IMG/VR virus record: IMGVR_UViG_3300028394_000083
Span: 1 to 62,006 of that record
Length of the DNA: 62,006 nucleotides
Direction: 5' to 3' (one strand)
Source: a virus
Lineage: Duplodnaviria; Caudoviricetes
Shown here in pieces: positions 49,758 to 60,423 of the stretch. The position numbers were made by a program, and so were the translations under genes. Position 1 is the first letter of the stretch. Each line of letters opens with the position of its first letter. The notes under the pieces were generated by a model, which ran no database searches, was not told the DNA's origin, and saw only the letters and a program-made list of their open reading frames with translations.

Positions 49758-51811
49758 AAAACATAAAACAACTATTTCGTAGACGACCTGATCTTCTTGA
49801 AAAACCTGAAGTTCAAGAACTTATTGGATATACCCAAGAACTTGAAGGTCAGGTAATGGAAAGAAAAGTTGAAGACACATACAACAAAGAACATATGTTA
49901 AGATCAATGCTTTCAGACATCCTCTCAAGTTGTAGGGAGTATGAAGAGAATAAACTACTTCAAGATAGATATCCAGAATTATATGAAAAAGTTGATGCCG
50001 ATTCTTTAGTTAAAAATTTAATGGATTATATTTTAACTATGAACGCTAAAAACGATTTGAGGTTATGAAAGAATTAATATTAATGGAGAATTGTTTCGGA
50101 CCTGACGTGATTATTGACGGTGAGTCATTATTTATCCACGAGTATGATAACAGAGACCCAAAGGTTATTGAAGACATACAAGATAACCTAATTACAAAAC
50201 TACACGAATTAAAAGGTGGAATGGGGATGAATGATTGGTACGCAATTGTTGAAATGATTACTCAACTATCCAACGAATACGAATATCAAGTTGATCAATC
50301 TGATGAAGGAACATCTTGCGATGAGTGTGGAAACTATAATCATAAGTATGTATATAAAAAAATAAAAAATGGAACAGACGTTTAAGATATTTGTAATACA
50401 AAATGAACCATATCTAACAATAAATGAGGATGTTAAAGTTGGGGACAAGGCGATTGTTACCGTTGGAGAGTTATATCCGACATTGGTTGAATGTATAAAC
50501 GAAGACCAAATTAATTTATTTCAGAAACCAAAAACATCAATGACCAAAAGACATAAGGTTGTTATGATGGGTGAAGACCTTGTTTTAGAAAATGAAATTT
50601 TATCATTATTAAGTGAAAAGGAAGGACCATTAACTGTAACATACGAAAACGGTAATATGAAAGTCGTTACAGAAATGTAATATATTTATTTGTATGGGAA
50701 TTACAAGTCCAATTAAAGAGTTCATAAAGGAGTTTTATGTTGTTAGTTATAACCCAAAACAAAAACAAATAACACTCCACGACCAATTAGACCGACTCCA
50801 CAATAAAAATACGTATATTGATATTGGTAGGGTTGGTAAAGTAAAGATCACATTATGTTGGGGGATTGTTGAGGAATTTACAGGTATTCAATATCACCAC
50901 AAAGAATACCAATCTGAACTATCAAAATTCTTTTTTGAATTGATAACGGAAAAAAAATCAAAAGAATTTTTTAAATTACTATTAGAGGAAAACATTAAAG
51001 TTGATTTTTTGTTAAACGAGGTTATTGAACAATTTCCATTATTGGGTTAGTATATATTTATAGATATGAAAAGATTTTTAATTACAGAAGATGAAAAAAC
51101 CAATATCTCTGATCAACACGATGATATAGATAGAAAACTTATGAACTTTTTATTAAGACGTGTTGAAAAAAAAGAAAGACAAATAGGTTACGGAGACGAG
51201 TACGCATTTACTGTTATTGAAATATCCTTCAGCGATTTACCCGGTTATGGATTTAACACGTTCAGTAGTAGAAAGGATATGGAAAGGAAAATGTTAGAGA
51301 TGATAGAAGAAAACGACATTGTAGATGTAGGTGAATATAATCCTGGTATTTTAGATACTGACAGACAAAAATTAGTCAAAACTGTAAGAGCATTTTTAAA
51401 TTTCATAATGCCAAGAAAATGATAAACACCGACACAAAATTAATAAATACATTAAAAAGACTATATGAAGGTCAAGAATACTCAACAACTTTTGAGGATG
51501 AGGTAACTTCTTGGGACGAAGATGTTGAGGTGTATTTTGAAGAATGGGAAATAAAGTATTATTTAAAGTTAAACCAAGTGTTAGGTGAAGGGTTAAAGGC
51601 AATAGTGAGTTTTGATGTTATCATTACCGATATTATTGTTGATGGAGATAGTAGATACTATATTTGGAAAGAAGCCGATTATTATCAAGATGAATGGTAT
51701 CTTTTAAAGGTTGAAAAAGATTTATATAACACGATAGGTAACGATTTTCCTTTGTCATTTTATTTTAATTTTTATGGTGAAGAGGAATACAATAATTTAC
51801 CTTCTGCATAA
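49754..51811 (+). other. block of six hypothetical CDSs (51066-51422 carries the leader)
   Basis: Packed ORFs; TATTTAT at 50683 and 51055. Confidence 0.7.
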
Positions 51812-51840
51812 AAAGCCTTATAATTAAATCAAAAAATATT

Positions 51841-52608
51841 ATGCAAACAAAAGTATGTAGTAAGTGCAAACTTGAAAAAGATGTTTGCGAATTTCATAAA
51901 GAACCAAAAAAAATAGGTACTTATCGTGCTAAATGTAAACTTTGTATAAATGAGGAAAGTAGAAACTATTCTAAAAATAACAGAGAAAAAAGAAACCAAA
52001 TACAAAAAAATTGGAGAAAAGAAAACCAAGAAAAAGTAAAAAATTATAGAAAAAAATATTATGATATAAATCCTAAAAAATTTATTTTAATAAGTAGAAA
52101 TTATAGATTACATAATAATGAAAAAATAAAAATTCAGTTAAGAAACTATTATATAAAAAATTTAAATTATCATAAAGAAAGATTAAAAAAATGGAAAGAG
52201 ATAAATAAAATATTTAATAAAGAAAGATTAAAAAAATGGAGAGAGATAAATAAAGAGAATATTAAAAAATACAAAAAATTAAGATATGAAAATGATTTGT
52301 CATATAAATTAGTGACTAATTGTAGAAATAGAATTAATGGGTTTTTAAAAACTAAAAATCTATCAAAATATAATAAAACATTTGAATTTATAGGTTGTAG
52401 TACCGAAGATCTTAAACTTCATTTAGAAAAACAATTTAAACACGGTATGAGTTGGGATAATAGGGGTGAGTGGCATATTGACCATATAATACCATTATCT
52501 TCTGCAAATACAGAAGAAGATGTATTTAAACTTTGTCATTACACTAACTTACAACCACTATGGGCTAAAGAAAATTTACAAAAATCAAATAAAATAATTA
52601 AAAATTAA
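51841..52608 (+). CDS. HNH endonuclease with N-terminal Zn finger
   Basis: WHIDHIIPLSSA...HYTNLQPLWAKENLQKSNK; paralogue of 6060-6737. Confidence 0.85.
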   Translation: MQTKVCSKCKLEKDVCEFHKEPKKIGTYRAKCKLCINEESRNYSKNNREKRNQIQKNWRKENQEKVKNYRKKYYDINPKKFILISRNYRLHNNEKIKIQLRNYYIKNLNYHKERLKKWKEINKIFNKERLKKWREINKENIKKYKKLRYENDLSYKLVTNCRNRINGFLKTKNLSKYNKTFEFIGCSTEDLKLHLEKQFKHGMSWDNRGEWHIDHIIPLSSANTEEDVFKLCHYTNLQPLWAKENLQKSNKIIKN

Positions 52609-52612
52609 AATT

Positions 52613-52966
52613 ATGGCACACCCTATACTTCATGCAAAAAGCTCAGCAAAAAAATTCGGAGGAAAATGGGAAGATTATATTCATCTACATAATTGGCTTG
52701 ACGAGACTAAGGGATGGCATGGTCATTCGTTTCATCGTATGTGGAGACACCACTCAGAAGGTATATTTGAAGGAGAAGAAAGGTTTGGTACACACTTTAT
52801 AAATTCTGAAGGTAAAACCGTTTATACGAGATATTGCCTTGAACAACACGTAAAAGAAGATTGTGATGGATACATACCAACGGCAAGAGAATGGTTCCTA
52901 ATTGTGGAAAATAAGCAAAGACCTCTATGGGCAACAAGAACTCAGAAGTTAGAGTTTGAGGATTGA
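52613..52966 (+). CDS. DUF6915-like protein
   Basis: MAHP..HAKSSAKKFGG...HR..RHH..G...EQHVKED. Confidence 0.7.
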   Translation: MAHPILHAKSSAKKFGGKWEDYIHLHNWLDETKGWHGHSFHRMWRHHSEGIFEGEERFGTHFINSEGKTVYTRYCLEQHVKEDCDGYIPTAREWFLIVENKQRPLWATRTQKLEFED

Positions 52967-52979
52967 TATATTTATTATT

Positions 52980-53723
52980 ATGAATCAATTAGAAAAAATT
53001 ATACAATCAGAACTATCAGGTAATTTAAGATCATCATTTAACAGATTTTGTTTACTATTACAGGCGTATTCCGACGCAACTATTTGGTCATACCAGTGTG
53101 ATTTTAATTTGGATGATACTATATATTGGCAGAATGATTTTTACGTTTATGGTGGAGGATTTGCTCAGGAAATGGATGAACCAATAAAGGATTTGGTTAA
53201 AAATACTATTCAAAAATACATAACTGTTGATTTTTTATTTGATGAAATATCTGACGACACCACTAAAGAAATAACAAATCAGGGGTGGTTTCATTTTAAT
53301 ATCTATCCATATAGTAAGAAATTAGAAATTGAGATATCATACGATATATATAATACCGAAGATAGAAACCACCAGTCGTCTATTTCAGAATTGGTTAATG
53401 AGAGTAATCTACAAGATAGAATGGTTGATCAATTGAATGATTGGGATAAACAAGGGGCGGTTTTTACCATATACTATGAAGGTGATGATGGGGAAAGTCG
53501 TTTTGATGATGTTTGTGAAAGTAACGTCGGAATTAATAAAATACCAGAGGTTTTGGCTAATTTGGGTTGGGATATGATTGATAATTATGAGAGTGGATAT
53601 TACTACGATGAGGGAGGTAGAGGATCTATGGATTTCAATTTTAAAGAAGATACTATTTATATGAACCATATTGAATACTCAACAGGGAGTGTGGATAAAA
53701 CGTTGGCAGAAGTAAAACTATGA
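52980..53723 (+). CDS. acidic hypothetical protein, paralogue of next gene
   Basis: YEGDDGES...GYYYDEGGRGSMDFNF; TATTTAT at 52969. Confidence 0.7.
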   Translation: MNQLEKIIQSELSGNLRSSFNRFCLLLQAYSDATIWSYQCDFNLDDTIYWQNDFYVYGGGFAQEMDEPIKDLVKNTIQKYITVDFLFDEISDDTTKEITNQGWFHFNIYPYSKKLEIEISYDIYNTEDRNHQSSISELVNESNLQDRMVDQLNDWDKQGAVFTIYYEGDDGESRFDDVCESNVGINKIPEVLANLGWDMIDNYESGYYYDEGGRGSMDFNFKEDTIYMNHIEYSTGSVDKTLAEVKL

Positions 53724-54472
53724 GAAAATACGAACTAACAGAAGATCAAAGAAAATATTTTAATAAGTTTAGTCTTTATTTAGATGCTATTTTTGGTAGT
53801 GACGGGATTCAATGGGAGTTGGGTCTTGGAAATGAATATTTTGACATTGAAGAGTTATACGGACCAATACCTTCAGGTCAATTTAATAGAGGTCGTGAAA
53901 AAGACATGCCAAATAACGATGATCCTGGAATGGTTTTTTTAGATACTATCGTTTCTAAATTTATTGAAGATAATATAGATGATATAACTAGTTATTTTGA
54001 TTGTGATGAATGTGGTGGTGATGGGTATATGATTGTTAAGTATAATCCAGAGAATAAAAACCTAACATTTAATTTAGGTGTTAATTTAACCTTGTCTAAT
54101 AATGAGGAACATATGTTAACGTTTAATGATTTAATAAATGCCCCACAACCACAATGGGGACGACCTTATCAGGAGTTAAAAAAATTACAATACGATGAAT
54201 TTATTAATAAATATAAATCTGAGTTAGGGAATGAAATTGTAATGGAGTATAATGGTGGTGGAGACGATGGACAAATAAATAATGATTATCCAGATGAAAT
54301 TATACATTTAGGTTACGAAATTATAGATGTTTATTATTCGGGTTGGGAAAATAACGAAGGTGCCGATGGAAGTATCGTTATTAATTTTGATGAAAAAATG
54401 GTATATCTTACCCATAATGGTTATTATGGTGATACGGATAATGTCCATATAGAAACTATAGAATTTGTTTAA
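53720..54472 (+). CDS. DUF6878-like protein
   Basis: YNGGGDDGQI...GWENNEGADGSIVINF. Confidence 0.6.
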   Translation: MRKYELTEDQRKYFNKFSLYLDAIFGSDGIQWELGLGNEYFDIEELYGPIPSGQFNRGREKDMPNNDDPGMVFLDTIVSKFIEDNIDDITSYFDCDECGGDGYMIVKYNPENKNLTFNLGVNLTLSNNEEHMLTFNDLINAPQPQWGRPYQELKKLQYDEFINKYKSELGNEIVMEYNGGGDDGQINNDYPDEIIHLGYEIIDVYYSGWENNEGADGSIVINFDEKMVYLTHNGYYGDTDNVHIETIEFV

Positions 54473-54475
54473 AAT

Positions 54476-55357
54476 ATGGCACAGATTAAATTACAAGAAA
54501 ATATAGAAAGAATTAAAGAATTGATGTTGGTTGAAAACGACGAACAACTTTCTTTATTTGTTGATGAGAGTGATCCCGTTAGTATAAACGATAGCGTGTT
54601 TACAAAAAAATTTAAAGAAAAGGTATATTTTATTTTAAGAGACTTATATAAATCAAATTGGGATAAAGATAACAGTCGAGGACCTGGAGGTGGTGGAGGT
54701 GTTGTTAACGTACATACCGTCTATGAATTGTTACAGAAAAAAGGTTTAACCGATTATGATCCACAAGGTGGGGATTGGTCAATACTAAACTACTTTGATA
54801 CAAATCCAAAAGTTAGGGAAACAATCGTTGGTCTTTATGAGACGGAAACAGGAAACGTAATAAACAATACCAACATAATGGAAGACTTTATTACGTGGAT
54901 GTCAAAAAACCGTAATAAACTATTTAAAGATGGTCCGATACTTAACCAATTGATTGAAAAAAATATAGAATCACTATATAGTGGTGAGTTAAACGAGAGA
55001 AAGGCGTATGACTACCTTACTGAAGTGTTAAAAAATTTAGATGGTTGGTCACTTAAAGGGAGATCGGTTCCAGGATCAAAAACGGATAGGGAAGGTGTGG
55101 ATTTCGTTATGGTTAATGAAAAAACAGGTAAAGAAGGTAAATTCCAAGTTAAACCACTTACGTTTTTTGTAAAAACTAAAAACGGGTATAAAGTAAAAAG
55201 TTATAACATTTCAGGATTGGATAAAAAGCCTGTTGATTATTTTGTTTTTGCTTCCAGAGATAAAGATGATGTATTTATATTTAGAAACACGAAGAATAAA
55301 TACGTAATTTTAGATAAAAACACGGTTCAGTTTGAGGAACCACCTATTAAATTTTAA
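54476..55357 (+). CDS. leader-bearing PD-(D/E)xK-like nuclease
   Basis: LQENIERIKELM start; GELNE...DREGVDF...FQVKP. Confidence 0.55.
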   Translation: MAQIKLQENIERIKELMLVENDEQLSLFVDESDPVSINDSVFTKKFKEKVYFILRDLYKSNWDKDNSRGPGGGGGVVNVHTVYELLQKKGLTDYDPQGGDWSILNYFDTNPKVRETIVGLYETETGNVINNTNIMEDFITWMSKNRNKLFKDGPILNQLIEKNIESLYSGELNERKAYDYLTEVLKNLDGWSLKGRSVPGSKTDREGVDFVMVNEKTGKEGKFQVKPLTFFVKTKNGYKVKSYNISGLDKKPVDYFVFASRDKDDVFIFRNTKNKYVILDKNTVQFEEPPIKF

Positions 55358-55359
55358 AA

Positions 55360-56394
55360 ATGGCAAACGAAACGGCTAGAGACTTATTGGACGAATTTAA
55401 TAACGGCGGATGGGACGATATAAAGGCGTATTTTGGTGATGACCTTAATACATTCTTAGATTATTTAGGTAAATACGGTTTAGATAGTGAAATTGATTAC
55501 GACAACATTGATGAAGAGTATAAAAACCTACTTCTATTATCCAATTTAGAAAAAAACCCAACAGAAACTCTAAAATATATTACCGATCAATTAATAATGG
55601 ATGTTTACCCAAGACAGGGAGGGTATTATCTTTTTTTAAGAGATAGAGACGAACTCGCAGAACTATTTAAAACATACGGAAGAGAGACTAGCCCAAGAGA
55701 TGTTGCAAAATCTATGTTAAGTGAAGATTATTGGGAACCATTTTATGATACAACATACGATGTATATAGAGACGTAATTGATGAATTGGATGAAGCAAAC
55801 AAAAATATATTATCACATTACATTATTAAAAATATCGGAAATCAAGAATTACCACTTGATGATTATGAATCCGATTTATTTAATGATTTTTCGGATGAAC
55901 AAGGAACAGAAGGTATTTTTCAAATAACAAGTGAAAATGTTATGGAATTGATTAATGACGAAGATGCGATGAATGTGTTACTAAAAGAAGACCTAAGTGA
56001 TTTAAAAAATGATCTATACTCAATTCATGATAATGCTTACAATACCGCATATTCTGATGAAATATATAAGGGAGTATGGGGAGAGCTTTCAACATACTTT
56101 AATGTGGAAGATTGGATACACGAAACAAAAGAAACTCGTGCCGGAAAAAAAGTAACACACGAATACATTAAAATTAATAATTTTTACCAAGACGTTTATG
56201 ACTTTTTATCTAATAACGCAACACCTCAATGGAGAGAACAATATTTAGGGTATAATGAAAGTTATTGTGGATTTATTGGAGGAATGATGGATGATGGTCA
56301 AAAAGAATGGTTATCTTTTAGAATACCGGACTACCCTGATTGGACAAGAACTAAGAAAAACATAAATGAAATGTTTACAGACTATGTAGGATGA
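55360..56394 (+). CDS. acidic hypothetical protein
   Basis: 344-aa ORF. Confidence 0.75.
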   Translation: MANETARDLLDEFNNGGWDDIKAYFGDDLNTFLDYLGKYGLDSEIDYDNIDEEYKNLLLLSNLEKNPTETLKYITDQLIMDVYPRQGGYYLFLRDRDELAELFKTYGRETSPRDVAKSMLSEDYWEPFYDTTYDVYRDVIDELDEANKNILSHYIIKNIGNQELPLDDYESDLFNDFSDEQGTEGIFQITSENVMELINDEDAMNVLLKEDLSDLKNDLYSIHDNAYNTAYSDEIYKGVWGELSTYFNVEDWIHETKETRAGKKVTHEYIKINNFYQDVYDFLSNNATPQWREQYLGYNESYCGFIGGMMDDGQKEWLSFRIPDYPDWTRTKKNINEMFTDYVG

Positions 56395-57050
56395 AAATAG
56401 TAATTACAAAAGACCAATTAAAAACAATAAGAGAGAACGCATCAAAAGAGTTTAATTGTGAGAAATGCGAACACAGTTGGGAAATTGAAACAAAAGACAA
56501 ACACCCATACCTTTGTCATATGTGTGGTTACGATTCAAATAAGAAAACACATAATTATGATGAGTTAGAAAACTTTTGGAAAAACTATAAAAAAGAAGAA
56601 GTCACCGAAAAGTGGTCAGAAAAATATAAAAAAAGTATTAACTGTAATTCACCAAAAGGATTTTCACAAAAAGCTCATTGCCAAGGTAAAAAGAAATCAC
56701 TAAAAGAATCAACTGTATTGTATGGCTACAACCTTGAAGAAATAAAAAAAGCATTAAAAATATTATCATCAGTTTCTGATACGATGGGTGATAAAATACC
56801 TTTAGATTTTAAACTATATGGGTATCACCCATATCAAAGTGAGTATGGGTTTAGACGATTAGAATTATACATTGATGTTGACAGTGAGGACGGAACTTAT
56901 AATAATTTACCAAGTGAGATGAGGTATAGATTCTCAATGGAACTACTTGATATTTTTGAGATGATGGGTCTTTACAGCCATAGATCAATGCATCCATCTT
57001 ATAATTTTTATTTTAATAAAAGATCATTAGAAGGTATAACAATTATTTGA
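56391..57050 (+). CDS. leader-bearing multi-module protein
   Basis: MKIVITKDQLKTIRE; Zn ribbon; VTE-KWSEKYKKSINCNSPKGFSQKAHC module; LKE junction. Confidence 0.75.
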   Translation: MKIVITKDQLKTIRENASKEFNCEKCEHSWEIETKDKHPYLCHMCGYDSNKKTHNYDELENFWKNYKKEEVTEKWSEKYKKSINCNSPKGFSQKAHCQGKKKSLKESTVLYGYNLEEIKKALKILSSVSDTMGDKIPLDFKLYGYHPYQSEYGFRRLELYIDVDSEDGTYNNLPSEMRYRFSMELLDIFEMMGLYSHRSMHPSYNFYFNKRSLEGITII

Positions 57051-57112
57051 TTATTTAAAAAAGAATATATATATTTGTACTATTATAAATCATTAAAAAA
57101 TAAACAAAAATT

Positions 57113-57364
57113 ATGGGAACAAAAACAGGAAACAAAGGACGTTACATTTGTAAAGTTGGTTATTTGGATATCTACGCTAAAGATAGTCTAAAACCTAAAA
57201 AAGAAACTAAACATAAGTTTGTTAAAGCGGATGTTAAATCAACGGTTTATAATATCCTACACGGTAAAAAATTAACCACAGTCAATTTAAAAACTAAAGA
57301 CGAGGCGGTTACCAAGGCGATAGAATTGATGGGTGACAAGGCGGCACTTTACGGGTTAATCTAA
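57113..57364 (+). CDS. hypothetical basic protein
   Basis: TATATTTG at 57070; terminator at 57389-57413. Confidence 0.7.
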   Translation: MGTKTGNKGRYICKVGYLDIYAKDSLKPKKETKHKFVKADVKSTVYNILHGKKLTTVNLKTKDEAVTKAIELMGDKAALYGLI

Positions 57365-57435
57365 ACCCATCTATTATATAATACAAAGGTCAGGATTAAC
57401 TCCTGACTTTTTTGTTTATATTGGTATTTATTATT

Positions 57436-60423
57436 ATGGAGTTTAAGAAAAAAGAATTAATGATTGAAGATAAGCGCGAGGAAGGAATCGTAAAAAAAGT
57501 CTTATCTAAAATGAAAGATATTAAAGACAGGGCAAGTTCTGAAGTAAAAGAGACTGGTGCGTTGGTTAGAATATTAACACACGCTGTTAAGTCGTATACT
57601 AAAACTAGGGGGTTTGATCTTAATGATGAAGATAGAGAATTCATAAAAGGCCAATCTGTTGACGTAGTAAGGGGATTAATATTAACGATAATCGCTATGG
57701 TACCTTTACCAATACCACTCACACCTTTTCTAATAATATTTGGTAAAAAAATTGGAATAGATTTAACACCAAAAGAACACGATATACCAAATAAAGGAAA
57801 ATCAAAAAAAGAAAAATTAGAAGAGAGTAAAAAATTAAATATTATTTTAACTGAAGATCAATATAAAAAATTAATAGTTACAAATAATAAAAACCAACAA
57901 CACAACAAAAACTATTTGAAAGAATCTACAACTGCGGTAGAAATGAATAAACCTAGTGGTAATAAATTAGAGTGGCCCAAATGTCTCGAAGGACAATACT
58001 GGGATATTGTTAAAAAAAAATGTGTTGACTATGGGTTTAGTGAGGACTTAACACCTAAAATTTATAAAGATACATATAGTGGTATAGATGATACATTTAA
58101 ACAACAACAAAAATTATTTTATCAAGAACTTAATGATAAGAAAAATTCTGATAGAATAAAAATTGCCCCATTATTAGAACAGGCAAAAGATTGGTGGAGA
58201 AAATGGTTAAACGATCCAATAACTATAAGTAAACACCAAAAACAATTTAATTTAACTGATGAACAAACTAAGGATAAATTTAAAAATTATTTAAAGGTTA
58301 TTGATAATATTGAATTAGTGGTAATGAATAGATATGGGGATAATAGAAATGATTATGCATTTATTCTAAATGCCTATATCGATTCTAATCTCAATGATTC
58401 AAGTTTGGGACATATTTTTGACAAAGAATATGATGTACTCATACAAAATGGTAGTAATGAAATCGCTGCGTGGTTAGGGGGTTTAGTTTCTACTGCTTCA
58501 GGGGGTAATAACATAAATGATTGCAGGGTTTTTGTACCATCTCCTTTAATAGGAGAAATCTCTAATTATGAACAAACTTTTGCACACGAAATACAGCATA
58601 TGTTAGAAAATAGGGTAGGACTTTTAACGTCTAAGGATGTTATGTCTAAATCATTCCCAAAGCCAATTGAAGGTGGTGTTTCAATAGACGATATAAAAAA
58701 ATCAACTAATGTGTTATATGGTGTTTCTGATTCAGATGTGGAAAATAAAGAAATAAATACCTCTGAAGAGTCAAAATTAGATTTAAATAAAGGGATAAAA
58801 GATCTTATGAAATTAACATTTTCTACTTCTAAAGGAGAGGAAAAAACCATACCAGAAAATCGTGCTAAAAATATGTTAACACAGTTATTATCCCATATGT
58901 CAGTTAATGATAAAAAAGATTATGATTGTGATCACGGAGAAAAAACGGCTAACCTTACTGAGTTAAGGAGTGAGTTAAGATTAAAACCTGGTGAAACATT
59001 AGATTGGAATGGGGTTGTTTTATCTTATTGGAATAATGGATCGGTTCCAGGAGGTAGATACATAAACACACGGCCCGTTTATAGAATTTTAGCTTGTTGG
59101 ACTTGGAATAATTTTACCCCCGATTTAAAAACTTTATTTGAAAATCTTAATAATTTTGCTATGAGTAAGGAAAATAAAGGAACAACCCCTACATCATCAT
59201 TAAATAATAAAAATTTAGAGTTATCACATTTTATAAGGAAAAATAATAAAAACTTTTTATCTGAGAGGAATAATAATTTACCGATTGAAAAAAAATTAAA
59301 AGAATCAAAATTAAATATTATTTTAACTGAAGATCAATATAAAAAACTTAATGAAATGGTGCAAAAATATGAAAGCATAATTCATAAATTATGTGTAACT
59401 CAAAAACCCGATAGCCCATTTTGTCGTTTATATAAAATGAGAGATGATTTAATAGGGGATGATAAAGTTGATTTAGATGTATCAATAGAGGTGTTAGATG
59501 ATTATTTTAGGTTTAAAAACGTTGGAATGTTTCCACGTATTGTTGAGTTAGCACTCCAAGATGAGGGTAGAACTTCAACTTATTTAAAATTAATTGCTGA
59601 CTTTATTGAAGACGATACGTTTGATAAAACAAAAACAAAAAAAGTATTAAACAAACAAAGAAACTCCGAAGAAATACCAGCGGACTTGGAAGATCTGTTA
59701 AAAATGGCAAGAACATTAGAACATCAAAAATATGAGGAGAGTTTTGTTGGTGACCATTTTGATAAACATGCAACATTTTTAAGTTTAAGGTATAGTTGTG
59801 ATGATGATATTAAGGAGACGTTATTCACGATACTAACAAAGGTGAAATCTAAAGAAAGAACACTTGATCTTGTTTTTGAGAAAATGATACAGTGTATTCA
59901 AAAATCATTAACACAAGGAATTTATTATTTAAAGTCAGATCTTGTCACTAAAAAAGATTTAGTGTTTGATGACGAAGTGATATTCCCATCAGGAACATTC
60001 TTTGAGGTTAAAAAAATGGATCCATTCATAGATAGTTATTTATCTGAGTTCTTCTCAATATTTAAACAAAGCGATAAAGCCAAATTTAAGGGAGAGTATG
60101 TTGGTATTTATAATGAACTAATACAAAGGGTATATGAATGGTTAGTAAATAGTAAGGAAGCTAAAGATTATTTAGATAAAGTAAAATTACAAATTGGTGG
60201 GATAATTTATGAGTATAACACCATAGTACCTATTGAATATATAGATCTATATTGGTCTAATAAAGGACAAAGGGGTTGTGATGAAAAACGACTATCAATA
60301 AGATTTAGAATAATGCCAGGGGTTAATGAAATAAAAACCTTTAGATTTAAAAAAGAAGACGAATTAGATGTAGTCGTTAAACCTGTAACGAATAATGAAA
60401 AAGAAAAAGTTATATGTCAATGA
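57436..60423 (+). CDS. large modular protein with two internal leader copies and an HExxH domain
   Basis: KLNIILTEDQYKKL occurs twice; AHEIQH. Confidence 0.8.
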   Translation: MEFKKKELMIEDKREEGIVKKVLSKMKDIKDRASSEVKETGALVRILTHAVKSYTKTRGFDLNDEDREFIKGQSVDVVRGLILTIIAMVPLPIPLTPFLIIFGKKIGIDLTPKEHDIPNKGKSKKEKLEESKKLNIILTEDQYKKLIVTNNKNQQHNKNYLKESTTAVEMNKPSGNKLEWPKCLEGQYWDIVKKKCVDYGFSEDLTPKIYKDTYSGIDDTFKQQQKLFYQELNDKKNSDRIKIAPLLEQAKDWWRKWLNDPITISKHQKQFNLTDEQTKDKFKNYLKVIDNIELVVMNRYGDNRNDYAFILNAYIDSNLNDSSLGHIFDKEYDVLIQNGSNEIAAWLGGLVSTASGGNNINDCRVFVPSPLIGEISNYEQTFAHEIQHMLENRVGLLTSKDVMSKSFPKPIEGGVSIDDIKKSTNVLYGVSDSDVENKEINTSEESKLDLNKGIKDLMKLTFSTSKGEEKTIPENRAKNMLTQLLSHMSVNDKKDYDCDHGEKTANLTELRSELRLKPGETLDWNGVVLSYWNNGSVPGGRYINTRPVYRILACWTWNNFTPDLKTLFENLNNFAMSKENKGTTPTSSLNNKNLELSHFIRKNNKNFLSERNNNLPIEKKLKESKLNIILTEDQYKKLNEMVQKYESIIHKLCVTQKPDSPFCRLYKMRDDLIGDDKVDLDVSIEVLDDYFRFKNVGMFPRIVELALQDEGRTSTYLKLIADFIEDDTFDKTKTKKVLNKQRNSEEIPADLEDLLKMARTLEHQKYEESFVGDHFDKHATFLSLRYSCDDDIKETLFTILTKVKSKERTLDLVFEKMIQCIQKSLTQGIYYLKSDLVTKKDLVFDDEVIFPSGTFFEVKKMDPFIDSYLSEFFSIFKQSDKAKFKGEYVGIYNELIQRVYEWLVNSKEAKDYLDKVKLQIGGIIYEYNTIVPIEYIDLYWSNKGQRGCDEKRLSIRFRIMPGVNEIKTFRFKKEDELDVVVKPVTNNEKEKVICQ
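57831..59346 (+). repeat. perfect 40-nt direct repeat (57831-57870 and 59307-59346)
   Basis: aaaattaaatattattttaactgaagatcaatataaaaaa. Confidence 0.92.
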
